From NCBI GenBank assembly GCA_965213925.1, contig OZ243927.1, forward strand, positions 416,001 through 480,000: DNA of 64,000 nt. Direction: 5' to 3'. Below, one piece after another: positions 10,144 to 19,961 of this stretch. A program made the translations under genes and the position numbers. Numbering within the stretch: position 1 is the stretch's first letter; each line of letters starts with the position of its first letter. The notes below the pieces were generated by a model. The model saw only the letters and a program-made list of their open reading frames with translations. It was not told where the DNA came from and did not search any database. This DNA is from Trueperaceae bacterium. Lineage in GTDB: Bacteria > Deinococcota > Deinococci > Deinococcales > Trueperaceae.

Positions 10144-11183
10144 GCTTTACACTCCTCACGGCTACCTTGAAAGATGACGGGTCGGTTCATGGCGCTAAGA
10201 CTCTTGCGGTACAAGGGGTCGTAATACTCGGTTAAAAGCGGGGCGATCCAAGTGTGCGCGGCGGGGTCGCACCACGCGCCACACGCAGAAGCCTCCTCTA
10301 AATTTTTCGCGCCGCGCTCCACCACGTCATTGCTGAGGCGCTTTCTAAGTTTGAGCAGACTTTCTTGTAAGTACGCTTTCGTCGCCTCTACGCCGTGAGT
10401 ATCACTTAGGGAGAGAACGTAGTCGCGGTGGATTTGCACCGCGCGGCTCGCTACAGACTCTTCAACAAGGATAAGAGGCCCCTTCTCGATCTCCCTATAG
10501 ATAGGCTCGGGCAGTTGCCGCTTGCCGATATTACGCGACTCGTCCTCTAAAAGCAGCACGTTTGCCGAACTGAGCAGCAACTTCGTCGCCAGATTGTTCT
10601 CGAAGGTCGCTTGGGCGCTCTGCGGTTCTAAAAGACTCCCGAACGCGCTGCCCCGGTGTTTCGCTTCGCCCTCCAAGTCGAGGGCGAGCAGGTCTGGGTG
10701 CTCGTCAAGCTCGTGCAAGAGCGCCGTCTTCCCCGAGCCCGTCATGCCGCCGATGACATAGGTTTCTCTTTTCGCTAAAGAGGTCCCCAATTCGCTCATA
10801 ACGTAATTGCGGAGCGCCTTGTAGCCGCCGCGCACCCTCGGCACGTCTTCACGCCCGATAAACTGAGCCGCCAGCTTGCTGCGCATCCCGCCGCGCCAGC
10901 ACATCACCGCGGTTGGTCCTGCGTTACATACCTCCCGCCACGCGGCAACGCGCTTAGGCATCACCGCGTCCGTGAGATCATAACCCAGCGCTACCGCTGC
11001 CTCTTGCCCAACTCGCTTGTAACAAATCCCGACCTGATGGCGCTCCTCATCGGTGAGAATCGGCGCGTGTACTGAAAAAGGCATCGCGCCCCGCGCCACC
11101 TCGACGCTCGCACGCACGTCTAAAAGACGAAACGCAGGCACGCCAGCGCCTGCGGGGTAAAGAGTATGAGGTTCGATAAGCAC
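10113..11183 (-). CDS. selU: tRNA 2-selenouridine(34) synthase
   Basis: Rhodanese CWRGGMRS, GGYK, P-loop GGMTGSGKT, HRGSAFG, EDES and YYDPLY; overlaps selD. Confidence 0.9.
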   Translation of the reverse strand: MLIEPHTLYPAGAGVPAFRLLDVRASVEVARGAMPFSVHAPILTDEERHQVGICYKRVGQEAAVALGYDLTDAVMPKRVAAWREVCNAGPTAVMCWRGGMRSKLAAQFIGREDVPRVRGGYKALRNYVMSELGTSLAKRETYVIGGMTGSGKTALLHELDEHPDLLALDLEGEAKHRGSAFGSLLEPQSAQATFENNLATKLLLSSANVLLLEDESRNIGKRQLPEPIYREIEKGPLILVEESVASRAVQIHRDYVLSLSDTHGVEATKAYLQESLLKLRKRLSNDVVERGAKNLEEASACGAWCDPAAHTWIAPLLTEYYDPLYRKSLSAMNRPVIFQGSREECKAWIIQSLTNR

Positions 11184-11233
11184 GTTTATAGCTTACCAAG
11201 TCTGTCATCGGGGATAAGCGGTGGGGTTACTTA

Positions 11234-11289
11234 CAAGAAGCAACGAGCAATGAGTGAAAGGCTTTAGACTCATTGCTCGTTGCTTCTTG
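11234..11289. terminator. Long hairpin downstream of msrA
   Basis: 22-bp perfect inverted repeat CAAGAAGCAACGAGCAATGAGT / ACTCATTGCTCGTTGCTTCTTG with a 12-nt loop. Confidence 0.55.
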
Positions 11290-11320
11290 AAGATGGTTTG
11301 CCACCCTGCAACTCTAAACG

Positions 11321-11959
11321 CTAGTTCGCCTGGCTCGAGACCTCCTCCAGCTGATACACCATCTCGTCACCCTTCCAATTCCGGTTGATGAACCGGTCGC
11401 GCCCGGAGTTCTGGCGGTAGAAGGAGTAGCTGAGCGAGTTCTTCTTGTAGTAGTCCTGGTGGTACTCCTCAGCAGGGTAGAACGTGCCGCCATCCGCAAT
11501 CACAGTGGCGATATCTTTTCTGAACTTATCCGAGTTTTCTAGCGCCTCTTTCGAGCCCTCCGCTAAACGCTTTTGCTCCTCGTTCGCGTAGTAGATCGCG
11601 GAGGTGTAGGACTCGCCTCTGTCCACAAAGGAGCCACCTGCATCGGTGGGGTCGTGCATCCGCCAGAAGGCGTCTAGGAGTTCTTGGTAAGAGATGACGG
11701 AGGGGTCGTAGTTCACCTCGACGGTCTCGCGGTGTCCGGTGTTGTTTCTCGAGACCTCTTTGTAGGTCGGGTTCTCCGTCTCGCCACCCATATAGCCCGA
11801 AATCGCCTCGGAGACGCCCTCCAACTTCTCAAAGTCCGCCTCGGTGCACCAGAAGCAGCCGCCCGCGAAGTAGGCAACCGCCCCCTCTTGCGTGTCGTTT
11901 TGTGCAAAGGTGATGAAGCTGGCTAAGAACAGCGCTAAAAACAGCAGTCTTTTTGTCAT
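11321..11959 (-). CDS. msrA: Peptide-methionine (S)-S-oxide reductase with signal peptide
   Basis: FAGGCFWC, GYMGG and AEEYHQDYY; N-terminal signal peptide. Confidence 0.93.
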   Translation of the reverse strand: MTKRLLFLALFLASFITFAQNDTQEGAVAYFAGGCFWCTEADFEKLEGVSEAISGYMGGETENPTYKEVSRNNTGHRETVEVNYDPSVISYQELLDAFWRMHDPTDAGGSFVDRGESYTSAIYYANEEQKRLAEGSKEALENSDKFRKDIATVIADGGTFYPAEEYHQDYYKKNSLSYSFYRQNSGRDRFINRNWKGDEMVYQLEEVSSQAN

Positions 11960-12185
11960 GAAGGTCTTCCTTTCTTACCCTCCATCATGACGTAAAAGTC
12001 GCCTTACTCCCGTATAACAGTTACTATTTTTAGCGAGTTTAGCCTTCACATATCGAGACGCAGAGGGGCTAAAGAGGTAGCGATGTGCGTAGTGTGCACG
12101 TCGAAATCAACTGTGGGCTAGGTGTCTCGCAGCAAAGCGAAGAAGACGATAAGGTACTGAAAGACACACAACTTTCGGAGACCCT

Positions 12186-13463
12186 ATGGAACGCCTTAAC
12201 TTCTTCAATCCGTTCAAGCATAAAGAGATGGGACAAGAAGACCCACTCACCCGCGCCCTGCTCATCCTCTTGCGCTATGAGCCCATCACACAAGCGCTCT
12301 TTCTCGACCTTATCAGCGAGGCGCTTCCCGCTCACGATGTACCATCTCTTTCACGCATGAATGCGCCTTTGGAAGTTCGCACGCAGGTCAGAAACTTGAG
12401 ATACGCAAGCGGCACGCTCCTCTCTGTGCTGATAACTGACCAACCTATCAGCTTGCCGGAGGTGCGTTGGTCAGACCGGACAGCAGTCTATGACGGCGTT
12501 CTCAACTTTGGCGATTGGACGTTCATCATCGAATCAAAGCCGGACGCGGCGGACGTGTGGACGGAGCAACTGAGTCCGGCGCGGACGTCCGTGCCAGAGG
12601 AGCACGAGTTGACGCTGCTGCCGCACGCCGCTTGCCTGACCTGGCAAGACCTCTTCAAACGGCTTATCGAACTCGAGGCGAAAGACCTCATCTCTGCAAC
12701 GGGTAAGCTTTTGGTGCAAGACTTTCTAGCGTTAGTCGATGAGTTCTATCCGAAGCTAGCACCCTACCGCGAATTCGCGCTGTGCGGCGACCATCCGCTG
12801 CGCCTAACGAAGCGTTGCCAGATGCTCTTAGAACAGCTTGCGGCAGGAACGAGTGTCCAGGTCGGCAACCGACCCGGACGCCCCCCTTACCTCGCGTTAG
12901 ACGGCGACATTGCAACTGAAGCGCATCTTCTCATTGAGGACCCAAAAAGAGGTGGAGCGTGGGAGGTACGCCTCGACCTCTGGCCCGCCGACTCCGTAAC
13001 GCAAGCAAGAACGTTCTTTAGCACAGTCGATAAAGCGACCCTCTTTGGGCTCCGAGACCGAGGCTGGGAGGTGCGTCCAAACCTTCACTTCTCCTTTTTC
13101 AGCACCCACCTCGTTTGGGCGACGACCTCTTTGGAGGCGGAAGCGTACTTCGACCTGTGTATGCAAGGGCGCTTGAAAGCAGGACAAGTATCTGCTGAAG
13201 GAGGTGCGTTTAAGCGTGTTGTGAGCGAACTTTATGAACTCGAGCTAATAAGCGACCGAGACTGGCACCTGCTCGAGGAGAAGTTTTTGAACACAGCGAG
13301 GAGCAAGGTGAACGTGATTCCTGGCTTTAATGTACTTTACTGCTGGTCTCGTGAAGAGGCTATAACACTCGACGCGCAGGGTCAATTCAGCGAGCAGCTT
13401 CTCACGAGAATTCAGGAGGCGTTGCAGTCTTGGAAGCAGCCTTTTCTCAGCTTCACCCTCTGA
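12186..13463 (+). CDS. Hypothetical protein, possible PD-(D/E)XK nuclease fold
   Basis: 425-aa ORF with RBS GGAG; EDPLT helix and YDG...IIESK resemble a PD-(D/E)XK core. Confidence 0.55.
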   Translation: MERLNFFNPFKHKEMGQEDPLTRALLILLRYEPITQALFLDLISEALPAHDVPSLSRMNAPLEVRTQVRNLRYASGTLLSVLITDQPISLPEVRWSDRTAVYDGVLNFGDWTFIIESKPDAADVWTEQLSPARTSVPEEHELTLLPHAACLTWQDLFKRLIELEAKDLISATGKLLVQDFLALVDEFYPKLAPYREFALCGDHPLRLTKRCQMLLEQLAAGTSVQVGNRPGRPPYLALDGDIATEAHLLIEDPKRGGAWEVRLDLWPADSVTQARTFFSTVDKATLFGLRDRGWEVRPNLHFSFFSTHLVWATTSLEAEAYFDLCMQGRLKAGQVSAEGGAFKRVVSELYELELISDRDWHLLEEKFLNTARSKVNVIPGFNVLYCWSREEAITLDAQGQFSEQLLTRIQEALQSWKQPFLSFTL

Positions 13464-13481
13464 CATGGAAGCAGAGACCTC

Positions 13482-15377
13482 TTACAGCGCTCCCAAAAAC
13501 CTCTCCGCCTGCGGCTTCAAAAGCGGCTTCGCGAACAAAAACCCCTGCGCCTGCGGACAGCCGAGTTCGCGGAGCGCCGTGAGTTGCCCCTCGGTCTCCA
13601 CCCCTTCCGCCACGACTTGCAACCCCAAATTCTGCGCCATGCTGATAATGGTGCGCACGAGTTCGGCGCTCGAGGCGTTCTGCATCATGTTCTCGACGAA
13701 GGAGCGGTCGATTTTAAGCGCGTCTACGGGGAAGCGTTGCAAATAGGCTAGAGACGAGTAGCCCGTGCCGAAGTCGTCCAAGTAGAGCTTCACGCCCAGC
13801 GCTTTAAGGTCAGCGACGGTAGTTTTCACGAAATCAGACGAGTCGATGAGGACGCCCTCGGTGATTTCTAAGATGAGGTGCGCAGGGTCGAAACCCGTCT
13901 CTTGCAAGAGGTTGCCTAGGTCCTCGGCTAAGTCAGCGTGGAGAAACTGCTGGTGCGAGAGGTTCAAAGAGAGCGTGAGAGGTCGGGCAGTCTCCTCTTG
14001 CCAACGCTTCACCTGAGCACACGCGCTGCGCCAGACCCAGAAGTCAAGCTCGCGAATCAGCCCGGCTTCTTCGGCTAAACCTAAGAAGTGGCTGGGCTCT
14101 AAAAGTCCCCGCTCCGGGTGCTGCCAGCGCACGAGAGCCTCGAAGCCTAAAAGCTCGCCCGAAACCGCGAGAATGGGGTGATAAGCGACGCGGAGTTCGT
14201 CATCATATAAAGCGGCGCGGAATTCGCGCTCGAGTTGCAAAGCCGCCACCGCGTGCGCGTGCATCGCGCTACTAAAGACCTTGTAGCCACCGCGCCCTTG
14301 CGCCTTGGCGCGGTACATGGCGATGTCGGCGTCGCGCACGACCTCTTCAGCGTGGGCGTAGGGCGTCGTCGAGGTGACGATGCCAATCGACGCCGAGGTG
14401 TGCAACTCGTGACCCTCAACCATCAACGGGCTTAAAAAGGCGTCTTGGATGCGCTTGGCAACTCTGATAACCTCCGAGGCCTTAGCGACGGTTTCCAACA
14501 AAACCACAAACTCGTCACCGCCGAGCCGCGCCACCGAATCTGAGGGGCGGACGCAACTTTTAAGGCGCTCCGCAATCGCTCTTAGCATCGCGTCGCCTAG
14601 CGCGTGACCGAGCGAGTCGTTGACGACCTTGAAGCGGTCAAAGTCCATGTAGAGGAGCGCGGCGGTGTGCTCTTGATGGCGCACTTGCCGCTTCAAGACC
14701 CTCTCTAGGCGCTCGTGTAAGAGGAGCCGGTTGGGAAGTCCAGTCAGCGAATCGTGGAAGGCGTCGTAGTAGAGCCGCGCGTTAGCCCGCTCCAACTCAG
14801 CGACCTGACCTCGCACCTGGTACTGCCGCGCCCGCGCCCTGAGCGCCATCTTGAGGGTACTGATGAGGGTGTTCATGCGCACGGGGCGCTCGAGCAAAAT
14901 CACGTTGCCTAGAAGCTCCAACGCGCGGAGCGCCAGCATAGAGTCCGAGCCGCTCTTCGTGAGGAGCAAAACGGGCAAGTCCGACCAGTTGGGCTGCGCG
15001 TGGAGCGCGTCGATGAGCTTTTGAGTGTCTTGGAGTAAAAGGGCTTCTTCGGTTAAGACGAGCGCACCCGCGCTCTCCTCCAACTTCGCCAGCAAGTCCG
15101 CAAAGGTCGTCACGCTCTCGGCGTGAAGCTCAGCGCGAGCTAAGACCTCTTGGCTGAGAGCAGCGTCGAATCCGGTGGGGGCTAAGATGAGGACGCGGTA
15201 CTCGAGGGTTGGGTCGGCGTCCGCAGATTCCTCTTTGTCGTCTTCTGCTTGCATGTTGGCCGTTTGGGGAGTCGCACTCGAGGCGTTCTCCCTCTGAGCG
15301 TCCCTCTCTTCACGGCTCACTTCGTCCCCATCTGCTTTACATTCTACCCTATCGCCTGCCACCTTCGTCCCGTCCAT
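13482..15377 (-). CDS. Receiver-like/GGDEF/EAL diguanylate cyclase-phosphodiesterase
   Basis: DSLTGLPNR, RLGGDEF, FEAL, DDFGTGYSSL, KIDRSF and EGVET; N-terminal pseudo-receiver domain. Start uncertain. Confidence 0.9.
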   Translation of the reverse strand: MDGTKVAGDRVECKADGDEVSREERDAQRENASSATPQTANMQAEDDKEESADADPTLEYRVLILAPTGFDAALSQEVLARAELHAESVTTFADLLAKLEESAGALVLTEEALLLQDTQKLIDALHAQPNWSDLPVLLLTKSGSDSMLALRALELLGNVILLERPVRMNTLISTLKMALRARARQYQVRGQVAELERANARLYYDAFHDSLTGLPNRLLLHERLERVLKRQVRHQEHTAALLYMDFDRFKVVNDSLGHALGDAMLRAIAERLKSCVRPSDSVARLGGDEFVVLLETVAKASEVIRVAKRIQDAFLSPLMVEGHELHTSASIGIVTSTTPYAHAEEVVRDADIAMYRAKAQGRGGYKVFSSAMHAHAVAALQLEREFRAALYDDELRVAYHPILAVSGELLGFEALVRWQHPERGLLEPSHFLGLAEEAGLIRELDFWVWRSACAQVKRWQEETARPLTLSLNLSHQQFLHADLAEDLGNLLQETGFDPAHLILEITEGVLIDSSDFVKTTVADLKALGVKLYLDDFGTGYSSLAYLQRFPVDALKIDRSFVENMMQNASSAELVRTIISMAQNLGLQVVAEGVETEGQLTALRELGCPQAQGFLFAKPLLKPQAERFLGAL

Positions 15378-15382
15378 CCGCG

Positions 15383-16912
15383 CTAAACTTCGCCTATCTC
15401 TCCAGGCTCAGACAGCACCGGCGTGCCGCGCAAGATGCCTTCAAGCCCCTCTAACACCTCGCCGATACGCAGCCGCTCGGACGCCTCGCCTAGATGAAGC
15501 TCGCGAATGTCGCGCTGATGCGGTCCGTTGCGCTTTTTAAGCACGCTAATCGCTTTGCGGATGCACCCGCTTCGCTCGAAGTAGCGCAGCATAATCACCG
15601 AGTCCACCAAGTAGCTCGCGTTCACGGGCGTGGTGATGCTCTCGCCAATAAGCCCAGGCTGCGTCACGATTAGGAGCGTCGTCACCCCTTTGCGCCCTAA
15701 AAAGGTGAATAACTCATGGAACTGGATGAGCAGCGACGCTTCGCTCGGCATGGCGTGGAGGTAGCCGTTCAAACTGTCGATGACGAGGACGCGCACGCCC
15801 TCCTCGACCATCGTGCGAACCGTGTGCTCGAAACCGCCAGGCGAGAGTTGCGCCGGGTCTACTTGCTGAATGGTGAGCGTCCCCTTCTCTACAAGCGACG
15901 CCAAGTCTAAACCTATCCCCTTCGCCCGGTTGAGATACGTGCCGCGCCGCTCATCAAAGGTGAAGACGACGGTTTTGTCACCCCGCTTGGCAGCGGCGGC
16001 GGCAAAGTGCGCACTGATGGTGGATTTGCCCGCGCCCGTGGGTCCTATCAGCATCGTGCCCGTGCCGCGCTCCAAGCCGCCCCCCAACATCTCGTCTAAG
16101 GTCTCGACGCCGCTCGTAACCGCGCCACCAGAGTGCGTGTCGCTATGCTCAGCCGCGACGAGGCGCGGAAAGACCGCTAAGCCACCCGGTTCGATGTTGA
16201 AGTCGTGATAGCCCGGACGGTAGGTGCGCCCGCGCATCTTGATGACGCGCAAGCGCCGGTGGTCCACGCCGTATTCGCGCGACAGGTGCTCCAAGTAGAT
16301 GACGCCGTGCGCCGCGCTGTGCAGGCTGCGGTGCTCGCTGTCCACCACAGAATCGTCTAAGAGGAGCGCCGTACAGTTGTGTTTGGAAAAAAAGTGCTTG
16401 AGCGCTAAGACCTGCCGCCGGTAGCGCAGCGGGTCTTGCGCCAACATGCGGATTTCGGCGAGCGAGTCGAACACGACGCGCTTAGGTTTGAGCCTTTCGA
16501 CCTCCGCTAAAACGGTCTGCGTCGTCTTGCTCAGCTCGACCTCGGAGGGGTGGAACATGGTGTACTGCACGTCCACGCCCAAGTTCTCCTCGGAGACGTT
16601 GAGTTCGGAGACTTTGAGCTTGTCGTCGTCTAGTGACCAACCGTGCGAAGCGGCGACGCCGCGCAGTTCCTCTGCGGTTTCGGATAAGGTGATGTAGAGC
16701 CCTCTCTCGCCTTGCGCGACGCCCGTGAGCAAAAATTGGAGCGCCAGCGTCGTCTTACCTGCGCCCGGCGTGCCCTGGACAAGATAGAGCCGCTCCGCCG
16801 TGAGCCCGCCGTGGAGGACGTTGTCCAAGCCGGTGATGCCCGTAACAGCTAATTCACCTGTATAGACTGCGTCAAGCATAAACTGAGGTGAGCCTGAGCG
16901 TCGCTCGTTCAA
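15383..16912 (-). CDS. KaiC-like duplicated RecA-family ATPase
   Basis: Two Walker A motifs (GTPGAGKT, GPTGAGKS), VFDS/VIDS Walker B, KMRG and KKRNG. Confidence 0.85.
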   Translation of the reverse strand: MNERRSGSPQFMLDAVYTGELAVTGITGLDNVLHGGLTAERLYLVQGTPGAGKTTLALQFLLTGVAQGERGLYITLSETAEELRGVAASHGWSLDDDKLKVSELNVSEENLGVDVQYTMFHPSEVELSKTTQTVLAEVERLKPKRVVFDSLAEIRMLAQDPLRYRRQVLALKHFFSKHNCTALLLDDSVVDSEHRSLHSAAHGVIYLEHLSREYGVDHRRLRVIKMRGRTYRPGYHDFNIEPGGLAVFPRLVAAEHSDTHSGGAVTSGVETLDEMLGGGLERGTGTMLIGPTGAGKSTISAHFAAAAAKRGDKTVVFTFDERRGTYLNRAKGIGLDLASLVEKGTLTIQQVDPAQLSPGGFEHTVRTMVEEGVRVLVIDSLNGYLHAMPSEASLLIQFHELFTFLGRKGVTTLLIVTQPGLIGESITTPVNASYLVDSVIMLRYFERSGCIRKAISVLKKRNGPHQRDIRELHLGEASERLRIGEVLEGLEGILRGTPVLSEPGEIGEV

Positions 16913-17078
16913 TTGTCTGTTCTTGAAATGTTCTCTGAAAAAAAGCCAAATTCTGCTCCCTAAGACCGTGTTTTAGCTCGTCTTATAGTGGGAGTCTAAC
17001 AGGCTGCGTATGGGTGAGGCTCGAGGTGTAAGAAAGTTCACCGACTTAGCCAACACTCAGCTTTTACACCGCCGAGCT

Positions 17079-17576
17079 TTACGTTGACTCGGCAACTTGA
17101 AGCTTCTCAGCTAACTCGGTATGACCGTGACTTTGAGCAAGTTGAGACGCCGTGAGACCTCTTGCATCTACCACATCCAGTTCAGCGCCCCTAGCCATCA
17201 ACAGTTCGGCAATCTCCCGTTGATTGAACATCGCCGTAAACATGAGCGCCGTCGCGCCTGCGCCGTTACAAACGTTGGGGTCTGCACCTCTCTCCAAAAG
17301 CTGCTCGGCGACGTCCGCGTAGCCCTTAAAACACGTCCCCATAAGCGGTGTATTGCCCATCGGGTCGGGTCGGTTAGGGTCTGCACCGCGTTCCAAAAGT
17401 AGGTCAACCATCTCCTTTTGCTGGTTATACGCCGCAATCATCAAGAGGCTGTAGCCTTGTTCATTCAAGAGGTCGGGCTCTAAACCCGCCTGTAAAAATG
17501 CCGCCAGCACCTCCGTGTCCCCACGACGAACGATTTCGTGGAAGTCTACGTTGCTGATATCTATGGGGTCGGACAT
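17079..17576 (-). CDS. Ankyrin repeat protein (catalase-associated)
   Basis: Repeats such as GNTPLM..., LLERGADPN and GATALM; the ATG at 17576 has an AAGGA RBS. Confidence 0.85.
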   Translation of the reverse strand: MSDPIDISNVDFHEIVRRGDTEVLAAFLQAGLEPDLLNEQGYSLLMIAAYNQQKEMVDLLLERGADPNRPDPMGNTPLMGTCFKGYADVAEQLLERGADPNVCNGAGATALMFTAMFNQREIAELLMARGAELDVVDARGLTASQLAQSHGHTELAEKLQVAEST

Positions 17577-17743
17577 GGGGTTCCTTTGGGGCTCGAGGTT
17601 CTGATAGCGAGTCAGCATTTCAGCAGTTTAGGAAAACCTCGAGACTGACTTATGAGTTCATTTGGGAGATAAACGCTTGACAAATAGAAACATCCACCGC
17701 ATCTCATTCACGCGGCGGATGTCAAGACCGAACTTAGAACCTC

Positions 17744-19246
17744 TTAGCTGAGGACTGCTTCGCCATCAGGAACGTCGTCGTTGACGCCGAGTTCGCTGTG
17801 ACTGGGGGACTGCTTCAAAAACGCCCGCACGCGGCGACCGTAGTCCTCGTCCGCACGGTCGAAGTGCGGCAGTTGACGGTCGATAATCTCCTGCTTGCAG
17901 CCGCCCAAGGTCGAGGCGATCGCTTGCGCGAGTCGGTCCTTTTGCCCCTCGTCGAACATCCGATATAAGTTGCCCGCTTGGGTGTAGTCGTCGTGGTCCT
18001 CGCGCGAGTTAAAGCGGTCCACGGTCACGTCGCCCAAGTGCCACGCGGGTTCGGCGTAAGCAGGGTCAGGGCGCGGCGCACCCTCCACGCTGTTCGGGTA
18101 GTAGTTCGGGTGCCCGGTGCCCGCGCCCATGTACATGCCGCCGTCGCGCTGGTAGTACGAGACTTCCGCCTTGGGCTGATTGACCGGGAGCTGGCGGTAG
18201 TTCGTGCCGATGCGGTAGAGGTGCGTGTCCTGGTAGCTCATGAGCCGCGCCTGGAGCATCTTGTCGGGGCTCGGACCGATGCCGGGGACGAGCGAGCTGG
18301 GGTTAAAGGCGGACTGCTCAATATCCCGGTGATAGTTCTCGGGGTTGCGGTTGAGTTCCATCACGCCGACTTCGATTAAGGGGTAGTCCGCATGCGGCCA
18401 CACCTTCGTTAAATCGAAGGGGTTCCACTCGAACTGTTCCGCTTGTTCCTGCGTCATCACTTGGATATAGACCTTCCACTGCGGGAAGTCGCCCTGCTCG
18501 ATAGAACGGAAGAGGTCGCGCTGGTGGCTCTCGCGGTCCTGCGCGATGAGAGTCGCGGCTTCGTCGTTCGTCAGCGTTTCGTGCCCCTGCTCCGTCTTGA
18601 AGTGGAACTTGCACCAGACGCGCTCGCCCTCATCATTGATGAGCGAGAAGGTGTGCGAGCCGTAGCCGTTCATGTGGCGGTACGTTTTGGGAATCCCTCT
18701 ATCTGAGAAGAGGATGGTCACTTGGTGCAAGCTCTCCGGGCAGAGGCTCCAGAAGTCCCACTGCATGTTGCCGTCGCGCAGGTTGGTTTGCGGATGGCGC
18801 TTTTGCGAGTGGATGAACATCTGAAACTTGTAGGGGTCGCGCACGAAGAAGATGGGCGTGTTGTTGCCGACCATGTCCCAGTTGCCCTCTTCGGTGTAGA
18901 ACTTCACCGCGAAGCCGCGCGGGTCGCGCTCGGCGTCGGCTGCGCCGCGCTCACCCGCGACGGTGGAGAAGCGTGCAACGAGTTCGGTCTTCTTGCCGAC
19001 TTCGGAGAAGAGCGCGGCGCGGGTGTATTTCGTGATGTCGTTCGTAACGGTAAAGGTACCGAACGCGCCCGAACCTTTTGCGTGCACGACGCGCTCGGGG
19101 ATGCGCTCGCGGTTAAAGCGCTGCATCTGCTCTTGCAGTTGCACGTCCTGCATTAAGAGGGGTCCGCGTGGACCTGCCGAGAGCGCGTTTTCAGTGTCCG
19201 CGATGGGCGCGCCGTCCGCCGTAGTAAGAAGTTTTTTGTCCGCCAT
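17744..19246 (-). CDS. katA: Monofunctional heme catalase (small subunit)
   Basis: RERIPERVVHAKG, RDPRGFA, VGNNTPIFF and the proximal ligand motif RLMSYQD. Confidence 0.93.
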   Translation of the reverse strand: MADKKLLTTADGAPIADTENALSAGPRGPLLMQDVQLQEQMQRFNRERIPERVVHAKGSGAFGTFTVTNDITKYTRAALFSEVGKKTELVARFSTVAGERGAADAERDPRGFAVKFYTEEGNWDMVGNNTPIFFVRDPYKFQMFIHSQKRHPQTNLRDGNMQWDFWSLCPESLHQVTILFSDRGIPKTYRHMNGYGSHTFSLINDEGERVWCKFHFKTEQGHETLTNDEAATLIAQDRESHQRDLFRSIEQGDFPQWKVYIQVMTQEQAEQFEWNPFDLTKVWPHADYPLIEVGVMELNRNPENYHRDIEQSAFNPSSLVPGIGPSPDKMLQARLMSYQDTHLYRIGTNYRQLPVNQPKAEVSYYQRDGGMYMGAGTGHPNYYPNSVEGAPRPDPAYAEPAWHLGDVTVDRFNSREDHDDYTQAGNLYRMFDEGQKDRLAQAIASTLGGCKQEIIDRQLPHFDRADEDYGRRVRAFLKQSPSHSELGVNDDVPDGEAVLS

Positions 19247-19511
19247 AATTCCTCCCTAAAACTTGTTTCAGTAAGGTTGCGCCGTAAGATTGTAGTGGTG
19301 TTGTAAGAACATTGGACCGACGTCCTACTCTACCCAACCGAGATGAGGATAGACAGTTTTTCAAGAGACGTTTTGGCACTCATGTTAGGTAGGGGTTGAG
19401 CGATCACAGTTCAGACATTTCGAACGCCTCGGAGATGAGGTTGACAAAGGCTACCTGCGACATTTCAACGAGTAACCTCGAGTCCTTGCAGCGTGGGTCA
19501 AACCCTCAGCA

Positions 19512-19952
19512 TCAAAATCGGCGTATTAGATAAACACCTACCAAGAGCAGCGCCGCACCTAAAAGACGTTGCCAGCTAAGCGTATGCTGCGCGAAGTTGA
19601 GCCAGCCGAAGTGGTCAATAAGCAGAGCGAGTAAAAGTTGACCTGCAATGATAAGCCCTATCAACGTTGCCGCGCCGAGCCTAGGCGCGGCGATGATAGT
19701 GCCTACTTGATACAAAATTGCCAAGCCCGCTGCTGACCACGCCCACCACGGGACAGAGGGGAAAATAGACATACTCGGTGCGGGCGCACGGATGGCAAGA
19801 GCAAGAATAATAGAAAGCACCAACCCCTGCGCGAAGATAACGACAGAGACCCAGAACGGATGCCCTAGAAAGTTGCGAAGCTCCGTGTTCGCGGCGATCT
19901 GTAAAGGAATTGAGGCTCCGATGGAGAGCGCTAAAACGACAAATATCCACAT
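19512..19952 (-). CDS. DMT family transporter (YdcZ/DUF606-like)
   Basis: Q..AN..L, PWW, PRLGAA and GQL...IDHFG motifs; hydrophobic. Confidence 0.8.
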   Translation of the reverse strand: MWIFVVLALSIGASIPLQIAANTELRNFLGHPFWVSVVIFAQGLVLSIILALAIRAPAPSMSIFPSVPWWAWSAAGLAILYQVGTIIAAPRLGAATLIGLIIAGQLLLALLIDHFGWLNFAQHTLSWQRLLGAALLLVGVYLIRRF

Positions 19953-19961
19953 ACCGCTATC

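Noticed and set aside
15383..16912. Circadian clock (kaiABC)
   Set aside because: No kaiA or kaiB nearby; the context fits non-circadian KaiC-like signalling ATPases.
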